DNA of 64,000 bases from Bacteriovoracaceae bacterium (GTDB taxonomy: Bacteria > Bdellovibrionota > Bacteriovoracia > Bacteriovoracales > Bacteriovoracaceae): positions 912,146-976,145 of the forward strand of contig OZ244226.1 in NCBI GenBank assembly GCA_965217035.1, written 5' to 3'. Under the pieces are notes generated by a model. That model saw nothing but the letters and a program-made list of their open reading frames with translations, was not told the DNA's origin and did no database searches. Shown here one piece after another: positions 48,545 through 58,777 of the stretch. Position numbers and translations under genes: made by a program. Each line of letters opens with the position of its first letter. Position 1 is the stretch's first letter.

Positions 48545-49786
48545 ATGAATTTTATAGAAAAGACTGACCCTGAAATTTTCAAAATTATTCAGGCGGAAGA
48601 AACACGCCAAAAAGAAGGACTCGAACTTATTGCCTCGGAAAACTATTGCTCACAAGCCGTTATGGAAGCTCAAGGTTCCGTCCTCACTAATAAATACGCC
48701 GAAGGTTATCCAGGAAAACGTTATTACGATGGCTGTGAGTTCGTTGATCAATCAGAGACTTTAGCCATAGAGAGATTGAAGAAACTCTTCAATGCCAATT
48801 ATGTGAATGTTCAACCCCACTCAGGTTCATCGGCTAACATGGCCGTCTTCATCTCTTGCCTGAAGCCCGGTGATAAAATTCTGGGAATGGACTTAAGCCA
48901 AGGGGGACACCTCACCCATGGCTCTCCAGTAAACTTTTCGGGAAAATTATTTAAAACCTGTTTCTACGGAGTTGAAACTGATACTGAAACAATTGATTAC
49001 GATAAAGTCGAAGAAATCGCGATCAAAGAAAAGCCCCAAATGATTATAGCTGGCGCTTCTGCCTATGCTAGGATATTGGACTTCCCAAGATTCCGTGAAA
49101 TCGCCGACAAGGTCAATGCTCTCCTCTTGGTCGACATGGCCCATATCGCAGGATTAATCGCAGCTGGCGTTCACCCTAGCCCGCTTCCCTATGCTGATAT
49201 TGTGACTTCAACAACGCATAAGACTCTTCGGGGCCCTCGAGGCGGAATCATTCTAGCAAACGATGAAGAGAAATGGGCAAAGAAGTTAAACTCGGCTATT
49301 TTCCCTGGAGCTCAGGGCGGACCATTAGAACATGTTATCGCAGCAAAGGCAGTAGCTTTTCATGAAGCTCTCCAGCCTGAGTTTAAAACTTATCAGGAAC
49401 AAGTTGTGAAAAATGCTAAAGTCCTTGCTCAATGTCTTATGAATCACGGAGTTGATATTGTTTCCAAGGGCACAGATAATCATCTTATTCTTATTAAAAC
49501 TAACTCCGTAAATATGTCTGGAAAGGATGCAGGCCTTATCCTTGAAAAAGTTGGAATTACTGCAAATAAAAACATGGTTCCTGGTGATACTCGAAGCCCT
49601 TTTGTGACCTCTGGAATCCGAATGGGAACACCAGCCATCACAACTCGAGGCTTCAAAGAAAATGAGATGGAAATCCTCGCCGATTGCATCCAAAGGGCCC
49701 TTAAAAATCCAGAGGATGACAATATCCATAACGAGGTAAAAACTACGATCAGTAAACTGTGTCAGGAGTTCCCTATTTATGCATAA
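48545..49786 (+). CDS. glyA: Serine hydroxymethyltransferase
   Basis: [38 protein letters not shown]. Confidence 0.98.
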   Translation: MNFIEKTDPEIFKIIQAEETRQKEGLELIASENYCSQAVMEAQGSVLTNKYAEGYPGKRYYDGCEFVDQSETLAIERLKKLFNANYVNVQPHSGSSANMAVFISCLKPGDKILGMDLSQGGHLTHGSPVNFSGKLFKTCFYGVETDTETIDYDKVEEIAIKEKPQMIIAGASAYARILDFPRFREIADKVNALLLVDMAHIAGLIAAGVHPSPLPYADIVTSTTHKTLRGPRGGIILANDEEKWAKKLNSAIFPGAQGGPLEHVIAAKAVAFHEALQPEFKTYQEQVVKNAKVLAQCLMNHGVDIVSKGTDNHLILIKTNSVNMSGKDAGLILEKVGITANKNMVPGDTRSPFVTSGIRMGTPAITTRGFKENEMEILADCIQRALKNPEDDNIHNEVKTTISKLCQEFPIYA

Positions 49787-49988
49787 AGTCGTCTTACTCT
49801 TTTTATTAGCTTGTAACCAAGCTCAAGAGACTCCCAAAACTGAAGAGCAGCTTCCAGAAGTTGATAACAATTGTATTTGCACAATGCAGTATCAGCCGGT
49901 CTGCAGTAGTGATAAAAAACAATTCAGTAACCCTTGTATGGCTGAGTGCGAAGGTGTAAAAAACTACACATTGGGAGAATGTAATTAA
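49779..49988 (+). CDS. Kazal-type serine-protease-inhibitor lipoprotein
   Basis: Lipobox [15 protein letters not shown]...FSNPCMAEC...GEC is the Kazal Cys pattern. Confidence 0.85.
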   Translation: MHKVVLLFLLACNQAQETPKTEEQLPEVDNNCICTMQYQPVCSSDKKQFSNPCMAECEGVKNYTLGECN

Positions 49989-50476
49989 TGAAGTGCCCCT
50001 TCTGCGAATATAAAGATACAAAAGTGCTCGATTCTAGACTGATCAAGCAAGGGTCTTCAATTAGAAGACGAAGACAATGCCTTAATGAGCAATGTGAACG
50101 CCGATTTACAACTTATGAAACAATTGAAGTTTCGCTTCCAAGAATTTTAAAAAAAGATGGTCGCCGAGAAGAATATAATCGAGCGAAACTTCTTTCTGGC
50201 CTAGAAAAAGCATGTCAGAAGTTACCTGTTTCCCCTGAACAAATTAATAATATTATCGATTCAGTAGAGAAGAAACTAGTAGAACTTAATTTAACCGAAG
50301 TCAGTGCAAGTTTGATTGGTAGTATCGTGATCATGCACTTAAAACATTTAAACTCTGTCGCTTTTGTTCGTTTTGCTTCTGTTTATAAAAAGTTTGAAAA
50401 TATTGATGATTTTGTGAAAGATCTTAAGTTTGAACAAGACCACTTCTCTAATGATTTTATGGAACCAAATCTATGA
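49988..50476 (+). CDS. nrdR: Transcriptional repressor NrdR
   Basis: MKCPFC...DSR...IRRRRQC...RFTTYE, ATP cone, VAFVRFASVY. Confidence 0.97.
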   Translation: MKCPFCEYKDTKVLDSRLIKQGSSIRRRRQCLNEQCERRFTTYETIEVSLPRILKKDGRREEYNRAKLLSGLEKACQKLPVSPEQINNIIDSVEKKLVELNLTEVSASLIGSIVIMHLKHLNSVAFVRFASVYKKFENIDDFVKDLKFEQDHFSNDFMEPNL

Positions 50477-50898
50477 AACAGCGCTCAGCCGGACGAAAGT
50501 TTGGTTTTCAATTCTTTTATAATAAAGTCTTTAACAATAACGTTGTCGAAATAAAAAAAGAAGAGCTTGTAAAAGAGATTCAATTTTTTCAAAAGAGCTT
50601 AAAACTTCCGACCGATCAAGAAGACTTTGTCTCTGAATTAATTCTAAAATCGAGTGTTAATTTTCAAGAAATCCTATCATTAATTGAAAGTAATATTAAA
50701 AATTGGCGTCTTGATCGAGTTGATCATATCACTAAGACGATCCTTATTCTTGCAATTACCGAAATGAAATTCTTAACTGAAAAAACTCCAGGAAAAGTTG
50801 TTATCAATGAATACATAGACCTTGCTAAAGAGTTTGGAAACAAAGATGCAAAGTCTTTTATAAATGGTGTGCTCGATAGAATTCACAATGAAGAATAA
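50473..50898 (+). CDS. nusB: Antitermination factor NusB
   Basis: NWRLDRV, KVVINEYIDLAKEFG...SFINGVLD. Confidence 0.95.
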   Translation: MKQRSAGRKFGFQFFYNKVFNNNVVEIKKEELVKEIQFFQKSLKLPTDQEDFVSELILKSSVNFQEILSLIESNIKNWRLDRVDHITKTILILAITEMKFLTEKTPGKVVINEYIDLAKEFGNKDAKSFINGVLDRIHNEE

Positions 50899-51265
50899 TT
50901 CTCTTAAATTTTCAATTATTGATGCTATTGATTCTCAGGTTTCATCATTGGTTTATATTTTCAAAGAAGATCACGAATTAAAGAGTGAGTTTAATTATCT
51001 CTCAGAGGGTCTTTTCGAAACAAATCAAATCCAAAACGATAAAGCCCAAATAATCTTCACAAAACAGTTCAATTTGCCTTTTTTAATTTATTCTTGTCCG
51101 AACGAATTCTTCCAAGAAAAACTTTTAATTGAAACTCTTGTATCTTTTTACTCTTCTAATGAAAGTGCTTCAAAAAAGGGATTATGGATTGCTCCCCAGC
51201 ATAATAAATTACAAGAGAGAATATCGAAAGAAATTAACGTAATCTTTAAAACAATCGATAGCTAA
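50888..51265 (+). CDS. Hypothetical protein
   Basis: ORF coupled to the nusB stop. Confidence 0.55.
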   Translation: MKNNSLKFSIIDAIDSQVSSLVYIFKEDHELKSEFNYLSEGLFETNQIQNDKAQIIFTKQFNLPFLIYSCPNEFFQEKLLIETLVSFYSSNESASKKGLWIAPQHNKLQERISKEINVIFKTIDS

Positions 51266-52490
51266 CATTAATACCATATCGAGTAACCGTTAAGTCACCT
51301 GCTCCCGAAAGAACATGCTGCTTTAAGAAGAATCCTGTTCCCCAACGATTTTTCAAAGTATGGTGAAGATAAAAAATATACTTAAGCCCTGTGTATGACT
51401 CTCCGTTAGCATTGTCAGATCCAGAAGATAAAATGGTAGGAGAAAGGCTAAACTTAACAAAAGAAAACCTTTTAAGCATTGTAAAATTTTTTTGAAAACC
51501 TACTGTCAGATACAAAATATTTTGAGCTCTGAACTCGAGAGGATCTCCTGAAGCAAAATCTTTCGTATTGAAAGTTTGAAAAATTTCAAAATCAAGGCCA
51601 GCGTAATAATAAAGTCCTTCAATTCCAAGAAGCTTCCACTTAGATTGTGCATAACTATTTATACCGATCTCAAGAGGTGGAGTTTCCGCTGTAGAATTTC
51701 CGCTTCTCGGAATTTCCGCCTCACTAAAGTAAGAAATATAAGCACTCGAGTAGAGCGTCCAATCAGGATCGAATTTATAGCTTGAAGTAATTCCAACGGT
51801 AAGTGGTGAGTTTTGATCGAGAGATGCTTCATCCCCCGTGGAAACAGTTTCAGTAAAAGAACCTGTACTCACTGCATAAAATAAACCAAAGGCATAAGGA
51901 AGTTTCTTCTTTTCCTTTAATTCAATCTTTGGATCATAAACAACCTTAGAAAGATTAGAAAAATCTGATATCAAACCATTCTTAGCTTTTGTTGCAATTC
52001 GAATATAAAGGACTTCGTCTTCAAAAAGTTTAATAACAATTTGATTCTTTCTCGCTTTCCCTTTTTTGATACGCTTCTTTAATTGGTTATCAGCATAAGC
52101 CTCAATAATATAATATTTAACATCAACCCCTTGAGGCGGATTCCATTTATAAAGAATTCTTTTAACTTGCCTCTCGGCTTTTTCTTCCTCTAAAGTCCCT
52201 CCAACTACAGCTTTATCAGTTTCATCTTCTTCTTCCTTAATTTTTTCTTCTGACTTTTTAGTTTCTTCAACTTCCGGCAATGGAATATTTTCTGAAGCTT
52301 CTTCAAAGTTTGTTGCTGCTAGATCAGGAAGAACTTCTTCCGGATTAATAACTTGCTCTGATGCTTCAGAAGTTTGAGAAGAATTCTCTATAACCCTTTC
52401 TTTTTCTGGGGGCTCGTTACTCACATCAACTGTTTCTTGAGACCAAACAAATACTGAAATGAAGCATAGTAAAAATAGATACTTAGCCAT
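51246..52490 (-). CDS. Secreted protein: acidic linker, Fn3-like domain, C-terminal outer-membrane beta-barrel
   Basis: Signal peptide, KWNPP..VKYYIIE...SDFSN (Fn3-like), ends YGINVSYRLF (BAM-type terminal Phe). Confidence 0.65.
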   Translation of the reverse strand: MAKYLFLLCFISVFVWSQETVDVSNEPPEKERVIENSSQTSEASEQVINPEEVLPDLAATNFEEASENIPLPEVEETKKSEEKIKEEEDETDKAVVGGTLEEEKAERQVKRILYKWNPPQGVDVKYYIIEAYADNQLKKRIKKGKARKNQIVIKLFEDEVLYIRIATKAKNGLISDFSNLSKVVYDPKIELKEKKKLPYAFGLFYAVSTGSFTETVSTGDEASLDQNSPLTVGITSSYKFDPDWTLYSSAYISYFSEAEIPRSGNSTAETPPLEIGINSYAQSKWKLLGIEGLYYYAGLDFEIFQTFNTKDFASGDPLEFRAQNILYLTVGFQKNFTMLKRFSFVKFSLSPTILSSGSDNANGESYTGLKYIFYLHHTLKNRWGTGFFLKQHVLSGAGDLTVTRYGINVSYRLF

Positions 52491-52543
52491 AAATAGATCA
52501 TATCAAAATAAAAAACAGGAACAAGAGTTAAGCAGGATTCAGT

Positions 52544-53779
52544 CTAAAAAAACATTCGAAATTCTATTTCATACTGTTTTACTTTTGGTGTATTCGTTCC
52601 AGAAAATATGTCTTGATAACCAAAAATTATTTCTCCGGGTAGAAGAAATTCTTTATTTTGAAAGAGTTTAACTGAGCTAAACTCTAAGTTAAGCCTCATT
52701 ATGTGTCTTTCAAAATCAGTATTATAAGCTAATATACCGTTGCCCAGTTTATATTGAGACTCATAAGCATTTTCTTCTTTAAATTGATACTCATAACCAC
52801 CTTTAAGTTTAATCCAATCATTTATAATCATTTCTGAATTGATCTGATAGAGAAGTATATTTCCTAACTTCTCATCAAATCTCCCTTTAACATTTGATAA
52901 TGTGTTATCTAGAGACTCTGGTATTCGAAAATCTTTTTCTGATGAAAGTTGATAAGTGTATCGGAAGAAACTATTGAGAACAATGTCATTTCCAAGGTAA
53001 TACCCTCCTCCAAATTCCAAAAAGATATCCCATTGCCCATCTCCGAAAGCAAAGTCTTGAAGTAAGTCTGGATCATCCACTCTACCTGTTGGGGCCACAA
53101 TCCCTGCCGCAAGCAAAGTTCCCCAATTGTCTTCTTTTATAAAATTCCACATTAACCCAAGTTCAAGATCACCAAAATCACTTGCCTGCCAGGTTCCCAG
53201 TTCTTTGTAGCCCAACTCTTGAGTAATAGCATATTGGATGACAGGTGCATCAACGTCAGGGATTTGATCAATCGCAGATCCAACTGATTGTTGAATCTCA
53301 TCTGAGGTATTATTACTTAGATCATCACCAAGCTCTTGAAAATTATTACTCTCCAATCTATTGTATGCAATATTTACTCTTGCCGTGAAATAAGGGAGGA
53401 TACCATAGGCTGTCACTCTATTCGAAAGCCCCCAACCAAAACCAAATCCATCAACTTGAACATCAGCGCTTCCAGAAATCCCATACCGACCAATTAAAAG
53501 TCTGCCCTTTTGCTCTTGAGAAATTTCTCCTAAAAGATCAATTGCATCTGCTGTTTGTGAAATGCTGGAAAGCATTTCAGCATCAATCTGAAAGCTAAAA
53601 TGATAGGGAGTTAATGATTCTTTTTGATTAAAAGAAGAGTTGACGTTATTAGCCTTAACATTCCTATAAACGAAGGTTCTCACCCCTTTAGGAAGAGTGT
53701 CATAATAAGCAGCAAAACCGCGCATACTAATCCATAAGCTTATTAAAAAAGCTAATAATTTTAAATATTTAATCATCAA
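52544..53779 (-). CDS. Outer-membrane beta-barrel protein (COG4313/MetA-pathway-like)
   Basis: FGDLELG, APTG...FGDGQWD, terminal EFRMFF. Confidence 0.6.
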   Translation of the reverse strand: MMIKYLKLLAFLISLWISMRGFAAYYDTLPKGVRTFVYRNVKANNVNSSFNQKESLTPYHFSFQIDAEMLSSISQTADAIDLLGEISQEQKGRLLIGRYGISGSADVQVDGFGFGWGLSNRVTAYGILPYFTARVNIAYNRLESNNFQELGDDLSNNTSDEIQQSVGSAIDQIPDVDAPVIQYAITQELGYKELGTWQASDFGDLELGLMWNFIKEDNWGTLLAAGIVAPTGRVDDPDLLQDFAFGDGQWDIFLEFGGGYYLGNDIVLNSFFRYTYQLSSEKDFRIPESLDNTLSNVKGRFDEKLGNILLYQINSEMIINDWIKLKGGYEYQFKEENAYESQYKLGNGILAYNTDFERHIMRLNLEFSSVKLFQNKEFLLPGEIIFGYQDIFSGTNTPKVKQYEIEFRMFF

Positions 53780-53903
53780 ATTCCCACATGAACGCCTAGA
53801 AAGCTGTTGAACGATATCATAAATTGTTTTCTAAAGAATGCACCGTATAAAATATTTAAGGAGGGTGGTGGTGCCCACAACTTTTCTCTATGATAGGGCA
53901 CTC

Positions 53904-54914
53904 ATGATGAAGGGGTTCATTCTATTAATATTTTTTGCTTTCCTTTTAGGTTGTTCCAGAAAGGAATCCGTTACTCCTTTCTCTCACTCAGAAGATTATC
54001 GAGCGAGATTGAGAAAAACATTTACCGTGCGGTATCCGCTCATGCCAGAGCGAGTAGGATCTTATAGCTATGGTGACGTCATCGAAATGGATCCGAAGAG
54101 AAAAAATTTACTTCAATATATAACAAAGCCTTTAAAGGAAGCTGTTTATCAACTTGGAGTGAAATATTTCAAGAGAAATAAAATTCAAGCTCAAGCTGAA
54201 TTGAGTATTCCTCCCGAAGCCTTTGAATATATAAAATCGGTGAAACTAAAAAGAATTTTCTTTGTTCTTGATACTTGTATTGACCATGGAACAAGATGCT
54301 TAAGTATGGTGGAAGGAATTAAAATGACTTTTATAAAAAGTCTTTTCATTAACCTAGAACCTCTTAAACAAGGGGCTATTATTCAAGAAATTAAAGAGGT
54401 TGATGAAGATATCTTTCTTAAAAAAGAGAAAGAATTTTTCCAAAATTTTGGAAAAGCAAAGAAGATTTCGAATGACGTTTTTCAATTAGCTGCTCATTCT
54501 CAGAAGAAGAGACCCAATAATGCGAGTATATCTAGCTATTATATTTTTAAGCATCATAAAAATATCAGACAACTTCAGAAGTATTTAAATCAATCAAGAC
54601 ATATTAAGAAAACAACTCTTTTTGGAGATTTAATTTTAGCTGAATTTAAAAAACTTCCGAATGCTAATATTTCAAGAATTTTTCATGAAGAAAGCTTTCA
54701 TCAAGAATTTAAAAGTCAGTATACTTCGATAACACCAGCTACTTGTGGAAGAGGAAATTGTACTGAATTAAGAATTAATAGTGAAAACCTCGTTGAGTAT
54801 TTAAAAAAGCATCCGAATGTTATTATAAATACCTTCATTCAGGTCAACAAACTTCCTAAAAAGGACTTCCACTACAAAGGTTTTATTGAGTTCGATGTTG
54901 AGCTCAATATCTAA
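53904..54914 (+). CDS. Hypothetical lipoprotein
   Basis: MMKGFILLIFFAFLLGC lipobox. Confidence 0.7.
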   Translation: MMKGFILLIFFAFLLGCSRKESVTPFSHSEDYRARLRKTFTVRYPLMPERVGSYSYGDVIEMDPKRKNLLQYITKPLKEAVYQLGVKYFKRNKIQAQAELSIPPEAFEYIKSVKLKRIFFVLDTCIDHGTRCLSMVEGIKMTFIKSLFINLEPLKQGAIIQEIKEVDEDIFLKKEKEFFQNFGKAKKISNDVFQLAAHSQKKRPNNASISSYYIFKHHKNIRQLQKYLNQSRHIKKTTLFGDLILAEFKKLPNANISRIFHEESFHQEFKSQYTSITPATCGRGNCTELRINSENLVEYLKKHPNVIINTFIQVNKLPKKDFHYKGFIEFDVELNI

Positions 54915-56539
54915 TCCTCTTCGATAACTTCTTCCTCTTCTTTTGGTCCAATGGCCCAGTTCCTCAGAGGATAGTAAGCACCTGCATTAAGAATTTTATG
55001 AATGAGCATGATACCTGAAGCGATCGCGATCGCCTGTAGAGGTTTAAGGGCCCCACCAACGGTATGAGGTCCAAAAGTTAAACCTCTGCAAAAAGTTCTA
55101 TAGATAACGATTGAAATACCAAAGGCAATGGCATTACCGATCGCTGTAAAATAATTGTTAAAAACAAGCCTGTCCCCTGCCTCTGTTCCGGTTTTAATTG
55201 GATTATTCTCTCTTCCCTTTTCATAAGCGACTCTCTCACTCATTCCCTCTATGACTAGATCAAGAACATCAGTACTGACTTCAGTTCCCTCAACAATAAT
55301 TCTATTTTCTTCTAGAATGAGCTTCGCTTCTTTTTGAGGATCTTTTGCCGAGTCAATTCGTCTAAAAATTTCAGCAATATCCTTGTCCTTACTTAACTCT
55401 GAAATGACACTTTGCAATCTTTTCTCATCAAGTAGCATTGGGTTTCCAACTGACTTATCAAATAAAGCCGCATAAGTTTCACTGTCAGCGTAATTATAAA
55501 TATAACCTTTCACGTACCATATAAGGGCCTTCATTGAGTTTGAAAGTTCATCAGAAGCTGTTGCCTTTGCTCCAACCCACATCGAGATAAGACTTAATAC
55601 TGTCTCCATTAGAAACTTCTTCTTTCCTTCTTCCTTACTCCAATTTCCCGAGATCTTAAAACCGACAAAGATTGCTAAGACTGTTCCAACATATGAAAAC
55701 CATTTAAAAAGCCTCTTGTGAGAAGACCCCAAAGTGTTTAGCTTCTTCGTCCTGCACATTGTTCGAAGTTTTCGAAACTCTCTAAATTCTTTATCAGCTC
55801 TGACAGCATCTTCATGATAAGCTTGTCTTCTTCTTTTAAAATTATAACTCTTAGACTCAATATCTTTATATCGCTTGAAGGCTTTATATTGTTTTCTTCC
55901 AAGATTTTCAGAGTTGCCTGTTCTAATCGCTTCAAAGATTTCATTAAAATTGTCTAAATAAAATCGACGATCCTTTGTCCAATAAGTATCCATTATTAAG
56001 ATAAGATTAAAGAAAATATCAACATCGTTCTTTGAAGTTAAATTCGTCTTTTTTAAAATTTCTGAAATTTTAGCTGCATCAATATGGTTTAATTTCTCTA
56101 GATATTCAATATTTCGAGATATCTGACGACGAACTCGAGCATTAAAGCTTTCCTTGGTTACTATTTCTTTTAAATTCTTTCTAAATAATTCATAACCTGT
56201 TTTATAATCCTCTAAACCTATTCTCATTTCATCAAGGATACCTGATTGGAGCAGATCTCTTTGAACATAACGAGAGCTTTTAAGTTTATCAAAAAATAGA
56301 TCAAGCATTTTTCCGTTAATGGCACCTTGGGCGACACCTTTTGAAAGATAATCTCCAATAATCTCATGGAAAGGAGCTCCTGAAATTTCATGTTTCAAAA
56401 CTTTTAGATGATAAGGAATTGAAACTCTTCTAATAATTCTAGCTTGTTCAAAAACTTTCTCTTTAATTGTATAGAGATTGCAAACTGAAGCGTGCCCGGC
56501 TATTGAGAAAATGAGGATTAAACTGATAAACTTCCGCAT
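54911..56539 (-). CDS. Exported/membrane hypothetical protein
   Basis: Signal peptide, helical N-domain, several hydrophobic C-terminal helices. Confidence 0.7.
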   Translation of the reverse strand: MRKFISLILIFSIAGHASVCNLYTIKEKVFEQARIIRRVSIPYHLKVLKHEISGAPFHEIIGDYLSKGVAQGAINGKMLDLFFDKLKSSRYVQRDLLQSGILDEMRIGLEDYKTGYELFRKNLKEIVTKESFNARVRRQISRNIEYLEKLNHIDAAKISEILKKTNLTSKNDVDIFFNLILIMDTYWTKDRRFYLDNFNEIFEAIRTGNSENLGRKQYKAFKRYKDIESKSYNFKRRRQAYHEDAVRADKEFREFRKLRTMCRTKKLNTLGSSHKRLFKWFSYVGTVLAIFVGFKISGNWSKEEGKKKFLMETVLSLISMWVGAKATASDELSNSMKALIWYVKGYIYNYADSETYAALFDKSVGNPMLLDEKRLQSVISELSKDKDIAEIFRRIDSAKDPQKEAKLILEENRIIVEGTEVSTDVLDLVIEGMSERVAYEKGRENNPIKTGTEAGDRLVFNNYFTAIGNAIAFGISIVIYRTFCRGLTFGPHTVGGALKPLQAIAIASGIMLIHKILNAGAYYPLRNWAIGPKEEEEVIEED

Positions 56540-56626
56540 GATATAACTCTAAATATTATACCAATTTAGAAGCGACTCTCATCGAGTAAGAGCTTATTGC
56601 TGACCATGAAAAACCAAAATGATCAA

Positions 56627-58687
56627 CTAATACTTCATTAGCTCCAGAACAGCACTTTCAACTCTTTCGTCATCTGGAAGAATCGCTCTTTCGAGTATCC
56701 GATTAAAACCGACAGGTGTAAAAGTCGAACCAACTCTCCTAACTGGAGCATCAAGATATTCAAAAGCTTTTTCGTTAATCAGAGAAACGACTTCGCCTCC
56801 AAAACCACCAAAAACTTTATCTTCATGAACAACAAGCGCCCGGCTGCATTGTTTAACTATATCAATTATGGACTCTTCGTCTAAAGGGCTTAATGAACGA
56901 AGATCGAGAACAGCAATGCTATATTGATCACTCAATTTTTCAGCGACTCTTAAACAATGATGAACAGTATTACCGTAAGTTAAAAGAACAAGGTCCGTCC
57001 CCTCTTTTCTTAGTCTTGCTTTACCAAAAGGAACTTCAAAACCTTCTGGAACATAAGTCATAGCATCTTTTGAGTTGTAAAGAGCTTTAGGTTCAAGAAA
57101 AACTGTTGGTCCCTCAGAGCGCATCGCTGTTCTTAATAAGCCCGCGGCATCATCAGCAAAGGCAGGAACAACAACTCGGATTCCAGGGAAAGTCGTTAGG
57201 GTCCCTTCAATGTTTTGAGAATGATAAAGCCCACCACCAATATAACCACCAGAAGCAATCCTAATAGTGACATTGGGAGCAAATGCTCCATTACTTCTCC
57301 AATAGTCATGAGTACACTCTACAAGTTGCTCCATTGCTGGCCAAAAATAATCAGCAAACTCAGCGCCTTCAACAACAACTCGGATATCATTATTAAAACG
57401 AGAAAATCCATTTGCTGTTCCTAGAATAAAATCTTCAGCAATGGGTCCGTTAAAAACTCTTTCTTTTCCGAATTCTTGCTGCATCCCTTTTGAGACGTTA
57501 AAGATTCCACCTTTATCTTTATTGGCCATGTCTTGACCCCAGATAAAAGCATTAGGGTTATGTCTAAACTCTTCTTTTAATGTTCCATTAAGAGCATCGA
57601 TAAACTTGATAGCTTCTCCACCCTCTTCATGAATTCCTTCTGGAAACTTTCCAGTGTCGTAAGCATCTGGGATGACATAATCCCAAATTGATTCAGGTGT
57701 TGGGTGAGGTGATTTCACAGCTTCTTTGTGAGCGCTCATAAGTTCTTCTTTACACTCTTGATCAATCTTCTCGATATCCTTATCAGAAAGAATTTTATGT
57801 TTTTTAACTGCTTTTAAGAATTTAGGAATAGGATCAGCATCGATCGCTGCTTGTCTTTCTTCTTCATCTCTATAAAGTTCATGTTTATCCGAGTTGGAAT
57901 GACTCCCCATTCTTACACACATAGCATGAACGATCACGGGTTCTCCATATTCTAAAACATGGTCTTTTGCCGTCTTCATTGCATTCATAGAATCAAGCAC
58001 ATCTTTTCCATCGCAATGAATGATCTTTAAATTTAAAAACCCGCTAAAGTTATCAGCACATTTTTCATTTGCTGTTTGATCAGCCTTGGGAACAGAAATC
58101 CCATAATCATTATCTTGAAAAACAAAAATAACAGGAAGTTTTTCACGGCTAGCCCCATTAATCGCTTCGTAGCAATAACCCTCGGAGACGGAAGACTCTC
58201 CCTGAGAAGAGATTGAAACTCCCTTGTGCCCGTAAGTTTTCATCGCTCTCGCGACACCTGCTGCATGTAAAGTATGATTTCCAGTACAAGAAGAAACATT
58301 ATGGATATTCCATTCAGGTTTAGCAAAATGGTTTGACATATGTCGCCCACCGCTAGCTAAATCCGCATCCTTAGAAAGTCCATTCAGGATAATTTCTGTA
58401 GCTGTTAAACCTGCAGAAAGAGCCGTAACCATATCTCTATAGTAAGGAAAAAGATGATCCGTCTTTTTATCAAAGGTCTGTCCGATCGCAAGCTGGATAG
58501 GGTCGTGCCCAGCACAAGGAGCATGATAACTCCAACCTAAAGCTTGCTTCAAGTAATTGGGAGCTCTGTCATCAATTAGCCTACCAAGCTTAAGAATCCG
58601 ATACCACTTTTTAAAAGTCTTTTTATCGGTCGACTCCCAGTCAAAATGTTTAACAACCTCTAAATATGCTTGTGAATTTTCACTCAT
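56627..58687 (-). CDS. Fused alpha/beta E1 of a branched-chain 2-oxoacid dehydrogenase
   Basis: PYYRD, GRHMSNH, TPP motif GESSVSEG...QDNDYGIS, HSNSD, GGLYHSQ, FLEPK, VHED. Confidence 0.92.
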   Translation of the reverse strand: MSENSQAYLEVVKHFDWESTDKKTFKKWYRILKLGRLIDDRAPNYLKQALGWSYHAPCAGHDPIQLAIGQTFDKKTDHLFPYYRDMVTALSAGLTATEIILNGLSKDADLASGGRHMSNHFAKPEWNIHNVSSCTGNHTLHAAGVARAMKTYGHKGVSISSQGESSVSEGYCYEAINGASREKLPVIFVFQDNDYGISVPKADQTANEKCADNFSGFLNLKIIHCDGKDVLDSMNAMKTAKDHVLEYGEPVIVHAMCVRMGSHSNSDKHELYRDEEERQAAIDADPIPKFLKAVKKHKILSDKDIEKIDQECKEELMSAHKEAVKSPHPTPESIWDYVIPDAYDTGKFPEGIHEEGGEAIKFIDALNGTLKEEFRHNPNAFIWGQDMANKDKGGIFNVSKGMQQEFGKERVFNGPIAEDFILGTANGFSRFNNDIRVVVEGAEFADYFWPAMEQLVECTHDYWRSNGAFAPNVTIRIASGGYIGGGLYHSQNIEGTLTTFPGIRVVVPAFADDAAGLLRTAMRSEGPTVFLEPKALYNSKDAMTYVPEGFEVPFGKARLRKEGTDLVLLTYGNTVHHCLRVAEKLSDQYSIAVLDLRSLSPLDEESIIDIVKQCSRALVVHEDKVFGGFGGEVVSLINEKAFEYLDAPVRRVGSTFTPVGFNRILERAILPDDERVESAVLELMKY

Positions 58688-58777
58688 TTAAGGACCCCAA
58701 TTTGAAAAATTTGAACTATAATAACCTAAAGAATTTAAGCAGGGAATTATAAATAATTCCCATTTACAAGGTGTGTT

